A stretch of 64,000 nt of DNA from the human T2T-CHM13v2.0 reference genome, Homo sapiens (GCA_009914755.4 CP068257.2:15552001-15616000); one strand, 5' to 3'. Positions 38,204-51,266 are shown, counted from the stretch's first letter. Made by a program: numbers and translations. Notes: generated by a model from the letters alone, not told the origin.

Positions 38204-38325
38204 GATGTCAATGGAGGTAGGTCAGATACTCTAGCAAAAACATAAATAAATATAAGAGGCATAAAAGAATATAGTACGTTTAGGAAATGGTGATAAGTTT
38301 GAATCATTAAAGGAAAGTATGTTGG

Positions 38326-38638
38326 TCCAGGCTCTGTGGCTCATGCCTGTAATCCAAGCACTTTGGGAGGCTAAGGTGGGCAGATCACTTGAGGTCAGGA
38401 GTTCAAGATCAGCCTGGCAAACACGATGAAACCCTGTCTCTACTAAAAAAAAATAAAATTAGCCAAGCATGCTGGCGGTCACCTGTAATCCCAGCTACTC
38501 AGGAGTCTGAGGCAGGGAAAGTTGCTTGAACATGGGAGGCAGATGTTGCAATGAGCCAAGACCAGGCCACTGTACTCCAGCCTGGGCCACAGAGCAAGAT
38601 TGTGTCTCAAAAAATAAAAAAAAAAAAAGAAAGAAAAG
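38326..38638 (+). mobile_element. Alu with an A-rich tail and a 13 bp target-site duplication
   Basis: ggtccaggctctgtggctcatgcctgtaatccaagcactttgggaggctaaggtgggc...gtactccagcctgggccacagagcaagattgtgtctcaaaaaataaaaaaaa. The target-site duplication is aaagtatgttggt at 38314-38326 and 38639-38651. Confidence 0.95.
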
Positions 38639-39353
38639 AAAAGTATGTTGGTGAGTATATCTGGAGAGATTTGTCAAAAACAATGGAACTAATAAAGTAC
38701 AAATGGAACCAATAAAATAAACTATTCCTAGACTGTGGTAAGTTTCACATGCTCTGAGAAGGCATATAGATATAGACTTTATATTATCATCAAAAGGTAA
38801 CTAACATGAGGAGTTAATCAAAGAGTAATATGGTTATGTTTTGCTTTTTTTCTTTCAGTAACATAACTTTAATAGCAGTAAGGAGTTATGGATTAGAGAC
38901 AGAAAAAGAGTAGATATGTGTATATCCATTAGGAAAACTTTGCTTAAGCCGAGAAGGGAATGAAGAGATGATAATAAAGTCAACATTTGAACTTAGCAAT
39001 TGGTTCTTTGCAATACACTGTGGAGATTAACAATTCAGGCTTTAAACTAGACTTCTAGGGTCTACAGCTACTTCTGCTATTATAAAACCACGAAGAAACT
39101 AACTCCTCTAAACTTCAGTTATGTGTCAGTTAAATAGTACTTCCTGGATAAGATTATGCTTGACATAATGCATGTAAAAGTACTCAGCGCCATTTGTGGT
39201 ACACAGTAAGAATTCACTGTTAAGTATCATTACTAGCTATGGTGAGGAGATAAAAGTAGAGAAAGAGAAATCCAGAATGATTCTCCGATTTCCTGCTTGA
39301 ATAATGAAGTACTAGGTAATGTTGGAAGAAAAATAGGTTTTGCAAAAAGGTAG

Positions 39354-39378
39354 GTCTCTCTCTCTCTCTTTCTCTTTT
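39354..39378. repeat. (CT)n microsatellite
   Basis: tctctctctctctctttctctttt. Confidence 0.85.
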
Positions 39379-40059
39379 AGAATTATTATCTGCCTCTTTT
39401 TTCAATCCTAGTATTCTCCTTAACCTAGACCAGGAAGCTGAACCTGCTGGATATCTTCCATTTTCCCTTCAGATCAATTTTCTGCATCTATGAAGTAAGA
39501 AACCCAGCTTCTGCCAAGAAATCCTGCTGCTTCTAGCCTGAGTCTTACACTGCCTGTGGCTTCTTAGTGCCTTAAAAAACAATCCCTCCATTAAACTCTA
39601 CTGAAATTGTCCAATTGGATTGTGCCATCTCTGGTTCTGCAAAGACCCTTACTGATACATGGAAACTGGCATATCCTGGAATCAAGTCTCCTGGAGGGAT
39701 TGGGAGTGACAAGTATATCTCAATACATCAGAACTGATTATTTCCTACTCTATGGTGACCTACTCTAAGGAGATTCGAGGCAATTTTAAAAATCCAATAA
39801 AAGGGGGGTTAGAATATCAATCATAGCATGGAGGTTATAAAGTAGCAATTACTGAGGAAGCTTACCAGACAGGAGGTCCTGAGGGCAGCCATGCGAGAGG
39901 AGTATAATTCTGCTGGGCAGGTGTAGGAAGGATGGACTGTAGAAAAGACCAGGAATTCTGCAGGTCCAGTCACATAATTAAAGGCACTGGTGGGGAAAGA
40001 AATCATCAAGAATACATGCAAAGTTTGTGAAGGAGTATAAAAACACAGTTAGATAAAAA

Positions 40060-40300
40060 GAATAGAGAAGTTCTAGTATTCATAAGTAGAATATAAAAAT
40101 TATAGTTAACAATGACTTATTGTAGATTTTAAAGTAGCTAGGAAAGAAAAATTGCAATGTTCCTAACACAAAGGAAAGATAAATGTCTAAGGTGGTGGAT
40201 ATCCCAATTACCCTGATTTGATCATTACACATTGTATACATGTATCAAAATACCATATGTACCCCAAAAATATGTCCAGCTATTATATATCAATAAAAGT
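40060..40300 (+). mobile_element. L1M-type 3'-end fragment
   Basis: ttatagttaacaatgacttattgtagattttaaagtagctaggaaag...tgtatcaaaataccatatgtaccccaaaaatatgtccagctattatatatcaataaaag matches the old L1 3' end. Confidence 0.6.
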
Positions 40301-43034
40301 AAACAAAATAAGAATTTTAACAAAGTCAATGCAGCACAACACAACAAAAATCTGGTGGGACAACTCACACCCCAGTGGAGATCAACTCAGGATACTGATA
40401 GACCATGTGGATTGAGCTACCCTGCAAAAGGCAGAGGCTAGTTCCAAAGACTAGCCGAGGTGTCTGGAGGTTAGTAACAGTGATGGAAAAAGAGCTCTGG
40501 CCCACATGCCCCTCCCCTAGTGTCATCAGGACAATTAAAGCTTCTTTTTGCACTCAAATACTGTATTAGAAGGAAGAGGAGAAAAGAACCTTTGAGAGTG
40601 GAAGGAAATTTTGGGAGACTGAGTAGTTACCAGAAAAAAAAAAAATAAGACTAATATGCAGAACAGACTGATACATGCTTAATTGGCAAGATCTCATGCT
40701 ATCTGCCCTCGATAAGACTGTGTGCCTGAGAACAAAATGAGATGTTATAGAACACAAACATCTCGTTTATAATTTACCTTACATTTCTGTTTCTCAATTA
40801 ATGATGATTCAAACTGAACTTCACTGTATATATATAGTCATGCAATTTGGGCTAAAATGTGAGAAGCCAATAGGACATCCATGGAAAGATGGCCCAGTAT
40901 GTCTAAAGACATAGATTTGGAAGTTATTGGCATATAGGTCATGTTGGAGTCATGTAAGTGAATGAATTATCAAGGGCAGAAAGAAGAGAGAGGAAAAAAG
41001 GTAGAACTCCTGAGTAACACCAATAGTTATGGGATGTAGACAGAGAAATTACTAGAAGGAATAAACAGAGAGGTTGGAAGGTAATCTAGACACCGTGGTG
41101 CATGCAGAAAACCTAAGAGGAGAGAAAATAATTCTAAAGCGGGAATAATCAATACTGCCAAATTCTGCAGAAGGGGAAAAATAAGGATAAGGACAGAAAA
41201 GTGGCCAATAGAGTCTGTATCATAAATCCAGAGAGAGAAGAGAAAAAAAACTAAGACTACAGGTCTATTGTGCCATCAATGACTTGAGATATTGCCTTAA
41301 TACTGGCTAACAGAGATATTGTGTCTAACTGAACATCCTAGGAAGTTAATACAGAGGTTACTTCTTCTTATGCATATTTGAATAATATTAAATATATTCA
41401 TATAGCTATTAAAAAGTATAAGACAGCTATATAGTAAATTTACACTAGTATTTTATGAGCAGGAGGATATCCAACTGGGTTTCATTTATTCACTTTCATC
41501 AAAAAGCTACAAATAAGACACTGTCCATTTGTGTTACAATTCTTTGTATGCCTGTTGGTCCATTCTCTGTACTAGTTATTTGCAATTAAATGAGTCAAGA
41601 AGAGAGAATGGAAGAAACTGATGAGAAAAAGTACACTTTGGTACCAAAGTGTACCAAATATTTATATTAAATAATTTTCTGTTGGTAACATTCAAATTTC
41701 TCACTGTCAGCAAAACTTCAGCAGAAATTTCAGATCATGATGGTTGATGTGACTTGGTGCCCAAAAGTAACTGTGCTTAAGTTACATAAATAACTAAAGC
41801 CTGTCACAGATGTTTTTATCTACTAGCCCATGATCTATTTTATCTTTGAACTTAAGGAGTCCAAAAAGATTTGTCCAGAGACATGTTGTGTTTATAGGTG
41901 CAGTCTAGTGGGCATGCTGAGTATCTATTTTTCTAAACACACTATGTTGCATCCTGATTAAGTCATTTATATGCAAATGTTACACTGAATGAGATACCTG
42001 GTTTTTAAGGCTTCTCCATTGTGCATAACGCCTCCATCATAAACGTTGCTCACATGTTTAGATATTTATTCCTCACTGAGATATTTTTATCATCGATTGA
42101 CAGAAATATACCAGTGATTGCTCAGTACTATATACTATGCCAATTTTCAAATAGTCTAATGGGATAGAGCCTTCATGTCATTAAAGCACAAGTTTACAGA
42201 AACATAACTGCCCCGGGATTAGAAGATAATTTTAGTAGTCTTTGGGAATTTCATCCTTAACATTTAGGTTGGGGAAAGGGATTCCAGACACAAAGTCTGT
42301 CCCCTACCTTGAGAACAAAGCCTGAGAGTGTTATCCTGTGCACTCTAACGTTTTGCACAAAAATGTGTTACATTGAAGCAGATCACTCCAAGCCTGGGAT
42401 CTAATGGAGTGGGTCTGAGGTATGCCACCCACAAGTACCTTTCTTGACCAATGCATCAGCTTTTGGGAGTATTGGCTGCTAATAGCTCACAGCTAAGTGT
42501 TTCTCCTGGCATGTGGAAACCATCTAACCCAAAGTTATGCTCCGCCCTAGGGGCAGTTTACATCCAGTGGCTGGTTAACTGGCAAGGTGGAAAGATGAGA
42601 GTAAGAAAACCAATCCTTTATGTTTTAATTTGGGACAAATCTGAAGATCCATAAACTCCAGAGCTTCTTTGTTGCAATCACAAGGCATTTTCAACCTCTC
42701 CCTCTGCCTCATCCTGCTTCTTTCAATCCTTTCTAATCTAATTTCTGAGAGCATTCACCCATAAAATTTCTGCAAGCAAATCTCCACCTCAAATTCTGTT
42801 TCCAGGAATGGTGACCTAAAGCAGTTGAAGCCAGGAGTGGTCCTAAGAAGCAGTATATAAAATGGTATTTTAGAGCTGAGTCATCTGCTGATGGCTAGCA
42901 GTGAGGACCCCATCACTGGTGATAGGTAGAGCATTATTAGCTCCAGGCATATTAGAACAATGAAATTGTTAAGACTTTCACCTGAGATGAATGGGATCGG
43001 AAAAGAAAGCATTGTCTGGGGACAGAATCTCAAG

Positions 43035-46000
43035 CATTTGAGAAATTTGGGGAAAATACCCAGGCAAACAGCGTCTGGAGTGGACCTCCAGGAAACAGGG
43101 TCTGGAGTGGACCTCCAGCAGACCTGCAGCAGAGGCACCTGTTAGAAGGAAAACTAATAAACATCAATATCAACAAAAAGGATGTCCAAACATAAATCCC
43201 ATCCGAAGGTCACCAACATCAAAGACCAAAGGTAGATAAATCCACGAAGATGAGGAAAAACCAGTGAAAAAGGCTGAAAATTCCAAAAACCAGGCCTCTT
43301 TTCCTCCAAAGCATCACAACTCCTCACCAGCAAGGGAACAAAACTGGACAAAGAATAAGTTTGATGAATTGACAGAAGTAGCCTTCAGAAGGTAGGTAAT
43401 AACAAACACCTCCAAGCTAAAAAAAAAAAAAAAAAAAAAAAACATGCTCTAACCCAATGCAAGGAAGCTAAGAACCTTAAAAAAAGAGGTTAGAGAAATA
43501 ACTAACTAGAATAACAAGTTTAGAAAAGAACATAAATGACCTGATGGAGCAGAAAAACACAGCACAAGAACTTCATGAATCATACACAACTATCAATAGC
43601 TGAATCAATCAAGTGGAAGAAAGGATATCAGAGAAATTAAAGATCATATATAAAGTGTGAAGACAAAATTAGAGAAAAAAGAATTAAAAGGAACAAATAA
43701 AGCCTCCAAGAAATATGGGACTATGTGAAGAGACCAAACCTGCATTTGATTGGTGTACCTGAAAGCGATAGGGAGAATGGAACCAAGTTGGAAAACACTC
43801 TTCAGGATATTATCCAGGAGAACTTCCCCAGACTAGCAAGACAGGCCAACATTCAAATTCAGGAAATACAGAGAACACCACAAAGATACTCCTTGAGAAA
43901 AGCAACCCAAGACACAAAATTGTCAGATTCACCAAGATTGAAATGAAGGAAAAAATATTAAGGGCAGCCAGAGAGAAAGGTCAGGTTACCCACAAAGTGA
44001 AGCCCATCAGACTAACAGCAGATCTCTCTGCAGAAACCTTACAAGCCAGAAGAGAGTGAGGGCCAATATTCAACATTCTTTAAGAAAAGATTTTTCAACC
44101 CAGAATTTCATATGCAGCCAAACTAAGCTTCATAGGCGAAGAAGAAATAAAATCCTTTACAGACAAGCAAATGCTGAATGATTTTGTCACCACCAGGTCT
44201 GCCTTACAGGAGCTCCTGAAGGAAGCACTAAATATGGAAAGGAAAAGCCAGTACCTGCCCCTGCAAAAACATACCAAATTGTAAAGACCATTGACACTAT
44301 GAAAAAAACTGCATCAAACAACAGGCAAAATAGCCAGCTAACATAATGACAGGATCAAATTCACACATAACAATATTAACCTTAAATGTAAATGGGCTAA
44401 ATGCCACAGTTAAAAGACACAGACTGGCAAATTGGATAAAGAGTCAAGACCCATTGGTGTGCTGTATTTAGGAGACTCATCTCATGTGCAAAGACACACA
44501 TAGGTTCAATATAAGAGATAAAGGAAGATTTACCAAGCAAATGGAAAGCGAAAAAAGCACGGGTTGCAATCCTAGTCTCTTATAAAAGACTTTAAACCAA
44601 CAAAGATCAAAAAAGATAAAAGGAATCAATGCAACAAGAAGAGCTAACTATCCTAAATATATACGCACCCAATACAGGAGCACCCAGATTCATAAAGCAA
44701 GTTCTTAGAGACCTACAAAGAGACTTAGACTGCCACACAATAATAGTTGGAGACTTCAACACCCCACTGTCAGTATTAGACAGATCAATGAGATAGAGAA
44801 TTAACAAGGATATTCAAGACTTGAACTCAGCTCTGGACCAAGTGGGCCCGATAGACATCTACAGAACTCTCCACCCGAAATCAACAGAATATACAATCCT
44901 CTCAGCATCACATCACACTTATTCTAAAATTGACCACATAAATGGAAGTAAAACATTCCTCAGCCAATGCAAAATAATGGAAAACATAACAGTCTCTCAG
45001 ACCACAGTTCAATCAAATTAGAACTCAGGATTAAGAAACTCACTCAAAACCTCAAAACAACATGGAAACTGAGCAACCTGCCCCTGAATGACTACTGGGT
45101 TAATAACAAAATTAAGGCAGAAATAAATAAGTACTTTGAAACCAATGAGAACATAGGCAAAACATACCAGAATCTCTGGGACACAGCTAAAGGAGTGTTT
45201 AGAGGGAAATTCATAACACTAGATACCCACAGGAGAAAGTGGGAAAGATCTAAAATCAACACCCTAACATCACAATTAAAAGAACTAGTGAAGCAAGAGA
45301 AAACAAATTCAAACCTAGCAGAAGACAAGAAATAACTAAGATCAGAGCAGAACTGAAGGAGATAGAGACATGAAAAACACTTCAAAAAATCAATGAATCC
45401 AGGAGCTGATTTTTTGAAAAGATTAACAAAATAGATATACTGTTAGCCAGACTAACAAAGAAGAAAAGAGAGAAAGAATCAAATAGATGCAATAAAAAAT
45501 GATAAAGGGATTATTGCCACTGATCCCACAGAAATACAAACTACCATCAGAGAATACTATAAACACCTGTACACTTTATTTGTATAGAAGAAATTGATAA
45601 ATTCCTGGACATATACACCCTCCCTAGACTAAACCAAGAAGAAGTCAAATCCCTGAATAGACCAATAACAAGTTCTGAGATTGAGGCAGTAATTAATAGC
45701 CTACCAACCAAAAAAAAAAGCCCGGGACCAGATGAATTCACAGCCAGATTCCACGAGAGGTACAAAGAGGAGCTGGTACCATTCCTTCTGAAACTATTCC
45801 AAACCAAAGAAAAAGGATTCCTCTTTAACTCTTTTTACGAGGCCAGGATCATCCTGATATCGAAACCTGCCATAGACACACCAAAAAAAGGAAGTTTCAG
45901 GCCAATATCCCTGATGAACATCAATGCAAATATCCTCAATAAAATACTGACAAACCGAATCCAGCAGCACGTCAAAAAGTTTATCCACCACGATCAAGTC

Positions 46001-48370
46001 AGCTCCATCCCTGAGATGCAAGGCTGGTCCACCATACACAAATCAATAAACATAATCCATCATATAAACAGAACCAATAATGAAAACCACATGATTATCT
46101 CAACAGATGCAGAAAAGGCCTTCAACAAAATTCAACACCCCTTCAAGCTAAAAACTCTCAATAAACTAGGTATCAATGGAATGTATCTCAAAATAATAAG
46201 AGCTATTTATGACAAACCCACAGCCAATAACATACTAAATGGGCAAAATTTGGAAGCATTCCCTTTCAAAACCAGCACAAGGCAAGTATGCCCTCTCTCA
46301 CCATTCCTACTCAACATAGTATTGGAAGTGCTGGCCAGGGCAATCAAGGAAGAGAAAGAAATAAAGCTTATTCAATTAGGAAAAGAGGAAGTCAAATTGT
46401 CTCTGTTTGCAGATGACATGATCGTATATTTAGAAAACCCCATCGTCTCAGCCCAAAATCTCCTTAAGCTGATAAGCAACTTCAGCAAAGTCTCAGGATA
46501 CAAAATCAATGTCCAAAAATCACAAGCATCCCTATACACCAATAGTAGAAAAACAGAGAGCCAAATCATGAGTGAATTCCCACTCACAATTGCTGCTAAG
46601 AGAATAAAATACCTAAGAATACAACTTACAAGGGATGTGAAGTATCTGTTCAAGGAGAACTGCAAACCTCTACTCAAGGAAATAAGAGAGGACACAAACA
46701 AATGAAAAAATATTTTATACTCATGGATAGGAAGACTTAATATCTTGAAAATGGCTGTACTGCCCAAAACAATTTATAGATTCAATACTGTCCCCATCAA
46801 GCTACCACTGACTTTCTTTACAGAATTAGAAAAAAACTACTTTAAATTTCATATAGAACCAAAAAAGAGCCTGTATAGCCAAGACAATCCTAAGCAAAAG
46901 AAAACAAAGGTGGAGCCATCATGGTACCTGACTTCAAACTATACTACAAGGCTACAGTAACCAAAACAGCATGGTACTGTTACCAAAACAGATATATAGA
47001 CTGATGGAACAGAACAGAGCCCTCAGGAATAATGCCACACATCTACAACCATCAGATCTTTGATAACCCTGACAAAAATAAGCAATGGGGAAAGGATCCC
47101 CTATTTAATAAATGGCATTGGGAAAACTGGCTAGCCATATACAGGAAACTGAAACTGGACCTCTTCCTTACACCTTATACAAAAATTAACTCAAGTTGGA
47201 TTAAAGACTTAAATGTAAGACCAAAAACCATAAAAACTCTAGAAGAAAACCTAGGCAATGCCATTCAGGACATAGGCATGGGCAAAACTTCATGACTAAA
47301 ACACCAAAAACAATAGCAACAAAAGCCAAAATTGACAAATGGGATCTAATTAAACTAAACAGCTTCTACACAGCAAAAGAAACTATCATCAGAGTGAACA
47401 GACAACCTACAGAATAGAAGAAAATGTTTGCAATCTATCCATCTGACAAAGGGTTAATATCCAGAATTTACAAGGAGCTTAAACAAATTTACAAGAAAAA
47501 AACAACCCCCTCAAAAAGTGAGTGAAAGATATGAACAAACACTTCTCAAAAGAAGACATTTATGTGACCAACAAACATATTTAAAAAAAGCTTATCATCA
47601 CTGGTCATTAGAGAAATGCAAATCAAAACCACAATGAGATACCATCTCACACCAGTTAGAATGGCGATCATTAAAAAGTCAGGAAACAACAGATGCTGGA
47701 GAGGATGTGGAGAAATAGGAATGCTTTTACACTGTTTTCCCACCACTGTTGGTGGGAGTGTAAATTAGTTCAACCATTGTGCAATACAGTGTGGCGATTC
47801 CTCAAGGATCTAGAACCAGAAATACCATCTGACCCAGCAATCCCATTACTGGGTATATACCCAAAAGATTATAAATCATTCTACCATAAAGACACATGCA
47901 CACACATGTTTACTGCAGCACTGTTCACAATAGCAAATATTTGGAACCAACACAAATGCCCATCAATGATAGACTGGATAAAGGAAATGTGGCACATATA
48001 AACTATGGAATACTATGCAGCCATAAAACCAGGATGAGTTCATGTCCTTTGCAGGGACATGGATGAAGCTTGATACCATCATTCTCAGCAAACTAACACA
48101 GGAACAGAAAACCAAACACCACATGTTCTCACTCATAAGTGGGAGCTGAACAATGAGAACACATGGACACAGGGAGGGGAACATCACACACCGGGGCCTG
48201 TCAGGGGTTGGGGCGCTAGGGGACGGATAGCACTAGGAGAAATACCTAACATAGATTATGGCTTGATGGGTGGAGCAAACCACCATGGCACATGTATACC
48301 TGTGTAACAAACTTGCACATTCCGCACAGGTACCTCAGAATTTAAAGTATAATAATTAAAAAAAAAAAAA
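43035..48370 (+). mobile_element. 5'-truncated L1PA-type element (~5.3 kb): 3' part of the 5'UTR, ORF1, ORF2, 3'UTR and poly-A. Both ORFs are disrupted by stops and frameshifts
   Basis: 5'UTR: ...gacctgcagcagaggcacctgttagaaggaaaactaataaacatcaa.... ORF1: ..KEIWDYVKRPNLHLIGVPESDRENGTKLENTLQDIIQENFPRLARQANIQIQEIQRTPQRYS... ORF2 starts atgacaggatcaaattcacacataacaatattaaccttaaatgtaaatgggctaaatgcc at 44345. The RT domain carries [12 protein letters not shown]. The 3' end is ...cacaggtacctcagaatttaaagtataataattaaaaaaaaaaaa (48358-48370). A 25 nt A-run (43418-43442) interrupts ORF1, and a tandem duplication of gtctggagtggacctccag sits at 43066-43118. Confidence 0.95.
45914..46705 (+). pseudogene. longest ORF in the window (263 aa): L1 ORF2 reverse-transcriptase domain remnant with no full-length ORF2 context
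   Basis: The ORF-track peptide contains [52 protein letters not shown] and [13 protein letters not shown] (the YXDD box as FADD). Upstream and downstream ORF2 sequence is out of frame or stopped. Confidence 0.9.
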
Positions 48371-48570
48371 CAGAATTTCTGCAATACTATAGGTGAAGAA
48401 AAAAAAAAATAAAACTGACAATCTTTCCAGGAACTGAATTATAAAGTCAGCAGAATTTCAGAGAAAGTAAAATTTTAAAATAGTCAAGTCTGCAATGCCT
48501 AGACCAAAACTTTGATTAGTACACATGAAATTAAAATATCCAGGTGTATGACTCAAAAATCTTAAATATG

Positions 48571-48892
48571 GCTGGGTTAGTGGCTCATACCTGTAATCCT
48601 AGCACTTCAGGAGGCCAATGTGGGATGATTACTTGAGGCCAGGAGTTCGAGACCACCCTGAGCAACATAGGGAGACCTTGTCTCTACAAAAAAAAAAAGA
48701 AGAGAGAGAGAGAGAGAAATAGCAGGGTCAACATGGTGCACACCTGTAGTCCTAACTACTCAAAAGACAGAGTAAGAATCATTTGAGCTCAGGAGGTGAA
48801 GGTTGCAGTGAACTATAATTTCAACACCGCACTTTAGCCTGGGTGACAGAGAGAGATTCTGTCTCAAGAAAAATAAATAAATACAATAAAAT
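48571..48892 (+). mobile_element. Alu (diverged, AluJ-like)
   Basis: ggctgggttagtggctcatacctgtaatcctagcacttcaggaggccaatgtgggatgattacttgaggccaggagttcgagaccaccctgagcaacatagggagacc...cactttagcctgggtgacagagagagattctgtctcaagaaaaataaataaata. Confidence 0.9.
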
Positions 48893-48973
48893 CTTGAATA
48901 CCTGGATTCTCTTAAACCTTCTGGGTCCACCAGAAAGGATCCGTTTTTCCTTGTAAAAAATGAACACTGCTCC

Positions 48974-49342
48974 CTTCGTTTGGCTTTGTCCCCACCCAAA
49001 TCTCATCTTGAATTGTAACTCCCACAATTCCCACTTGTAATAGGAGGAACCTGGTGGGAGGTAATTGAATCATGGGGGCGGGTCTTTCCTATGCTGTTCT
49101 CATGGTGCTGAATAAGTCTCATGCAAGCTGATGATTTTAAATATGGGAGTTTCCATGCAAAAGCTCTCTCTTTTTGTCTACTGCCATCCACGTAAGACAT
49201 GATTTACTCCTCCTTGCCTTCCACCATGATTGTGAGGCCTCCCCACCCATGAGGAACTGTAAATCCAATAAATCTCTTTTTTTTGTAAATTGCCCAGTCT
49301 TGGGTATGTCTTCATCAGCAGCATGAATACGGACTAATACAG
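48974..49342 (+). mobile_element. THE1-type 5' LTR
   Basis: See the parent element. It starts slightly diverged (ccttcgtttggctttgtcccc versus the consensus tgatatggtttggctgtgtcccc) and ends ggactaatacag. Confidence 0.85.
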
Positions 49343-50917
49343 TAAATTGGTATCAGTAGAGTGGGGCCCTGCTGAAAAGATACCCGAAAATGTAGAAGCA
49401 AATTTGGAAGTGGGTAACAGGCAGAGGTTGGAACAGTTTGGAGGGCTCAGAAGAATCCAGGAAAATAAGGAAAACTTTGGAACTTCCTAGAGACATGTTA
49501 AATGGCTTTGAACAAAATGCTGATAGTAATATGGACAATGAAATTCAGGCTGAGGTGATTTCAGATGGAGATGAGAAACTTGTTGGGTACTGGAGTAAAG
49601 GTAACTCTTGCTATTTTTTATCAAAGAGACCAGTGACATTTTGCCCCTGCCCTAGAGATTTGTGGAATTTGAACTTGAGAGAGATGATGTAGGGTATTTG
49701 ATGGAAGAAATTTCTAAGCAGCAAAGCATTCAAGATGTGACTTGGGTGCTGTTAAAGTCATTCAGTTTTAAAAGGGAAACAGAGCATAAAAGTTTGGAAA
49801 ATTTGCAGCCTGACAATTGATAGAAAAGAAAATCTCATTTTCTGAGAAGAAATCCAAGCTGGATGCAGAAATTTGCATAAGTGACACGGAGCCGAATGTT
49901 AATCTCCAAGACAATGGGGAAAATATCTCCAGGGAGTATCAGAGGCTGTCATGGCAGCTCTTCCCATCACAGTCCCAGAGGCCTAGGAGGAAAAGGTGGT
50001 TTTGTTTCCGGCCCCAGGGTCCCCATGCTGTGTGCAGCATAGGGACTTGGTGCCCTATGTCCCAGCTGCTCCAGCCGTGGCTGACAGGGGCCAATGTAGA
50101 GCTCAAGCTGCAGCTTCAGAGGGTGCAAGCCTCAAGACTTGGCAGCTTATACATGATGTTGAGACTGCCAGTGCACAGAAGTCAAGAATTGGGCTTTGGG
50201 ACCCTCCACCTAAATTTCGGAGGTTGTATGGAAGTGCCTGGATGTTCAGGCAGAAGTTTGCTGCAGGGGTGGCACTTTCATGGAGAACCTCTGCTAGGGC
50301 AGTGCACAAGGTAAATGTGGGGTCGGAACCCCCAAACAGAGCTCCTACTTGGGCACTGCCTAGTGGAGCTGCGAGAAGAAGGCCACCATCTTCCAGACCC
50401 TAGAATGGTAGATCCACCAACAGCTTGCACCGTGCACCTGGAAAAGCCGCAGAGACTCAATGCCAACCCATGAAATCAGCCTGGAAGGAGGCTGTACCTG
50501 CAAAGCCACAGGAATGGAGCTGCTCAAGGCCGTGGGAACCCACCACTTGCATCAGCATGACCTGGATGTGAGACATGGAGTCAAAGGAGATCATTTTGGA
50601 GCTTTAAGATTTGACTGCCCTGCTGGATTTTGGACTTGCATGGGGCCCATAACCCCTTTGTTTTGGCCAGTGTCTCCCATTTGGAATGGTTGTATTTACT
50701 CAATGCCTCTACTCCCATTGTATCTAAGAAGTAGCTAACTTGCTTTTGATTTTACAGGCTCATAGACAAAAGGGACTTGCCTTGTCTCAGATGAGACTTT
50801 GGACTGTGGACTTCTGAGTTAATGCTGAAATGAGTTGAGACTTTGGGGAACTGTTGGGAGGGCATGATCAGTTCTGAAATGTGAGGACATGAGATTTGAG
50901 AAGGGTCAGGAATGGAA

Positions 50918-51266
50918 TGATATGGTTTGACATTGCCCCCACCCAAATCTCATCTTGAATTGTACCTCTCACAATTCCCATGTGTTGTGGAAGGTAATTG
51001 AATCATGGGGGCGGGTCTTTCCTGTGCTGTTCTTATGGTGCTGAATAAGTCTCATGCAAGCTGATGGTTTTAAAAACAGGAGTTTCCCCATACAAGCTCT
51101 CTCTTTTTGCCTGCTGCCATCCATGTAAGATGTGACTTAATCCTCCTTGCCATCCACCATGATTGTGAGGCCTCCTCAGCCACATGGAACTGGTAGTCCA
51201 TTAAACCTCTTTCTTTTGTAAATAGCCTAGTCTTGGGTTTGTCTTTATCAGCAGCATGAATACACC
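50918..51266 (+). mobile_element. THE1-type 3' LTR, with a ~16 bp deletion relative to the 5' LTR and an eroded 3' terminus
   Basis: tgatatggtttgacattgcccccacccaaatctcatcttgaattgtacctctcacaattcccatgtgttgtggaaggtaattgaatcatggggg... lacks the ggaggaacctggtggg segment present in the 5' copy. The 125 aa minus-strand ORF at 51070-51447 is antisense LTR sequence. Confidence 0.85.

Larger units (their letters stand above)
48974..51266 (+). mobile_element. complete THE1/MST-class ERVL-MaLR element: 5' LTR (48974-49342), THE1 internal region (49343-50917), 3' LTR (50918-51266)
   Basis: Both LTRs read ..gtccccacccaaatctcatcttgaattgta.ctc.cacaattccca...gggaggtaattgaatcatgggggcgggtctttcct.tgctgttct.atggtgctgaataagtctcatgcaagctgatg.ttttaaa...ccatgattgtgaggcctcc..agcca..tgg.aactg.aa.tccat.aaa.ctcttt..tttgtaaat.gcc.agtcttgggt.tgtctt.atcagcagcatgaatac. 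The internal region matches THE1-int: tacccgaaaatgtagaagcaaatttggaagtgggtaacaggcagaggttggaacagtttggagggctcagaagaa...gcttttgattttacaggctcatagacaaaagggacttgccttgtctcagatgagactttggactgtggacttctgagttaatgctgaaatgag. Confidence 0.9.

Noticed and set aside
43418-43442. 25 nt poly-A immediately upstream of L1 ORF1-like sequence, read at first as the tail of a separate upstream retroelement
   Set aside because: L1 sequence is collinear on both sides: 5'UTR and ORF1 start before the A-run, and the ORF1 coiled-coil region follows it. It is therefore an internal A-run within one L1, not a junction between two elements.
49817-50403. 165 aa and 135 aa overlapping ORFs in a GC-rich, CpG-containing segment: candidate novel gene or CpG island
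   Set aside because: The sequence matches the THE1 (MaLR) internal-region consensus nearly base for base, and the ORFs overlap in different frames with an antisense ORF. This is a compositional artefact of a GC-rich retroelement interior. The segment is too short and embedded between LTRs to be a promoter CpG island.
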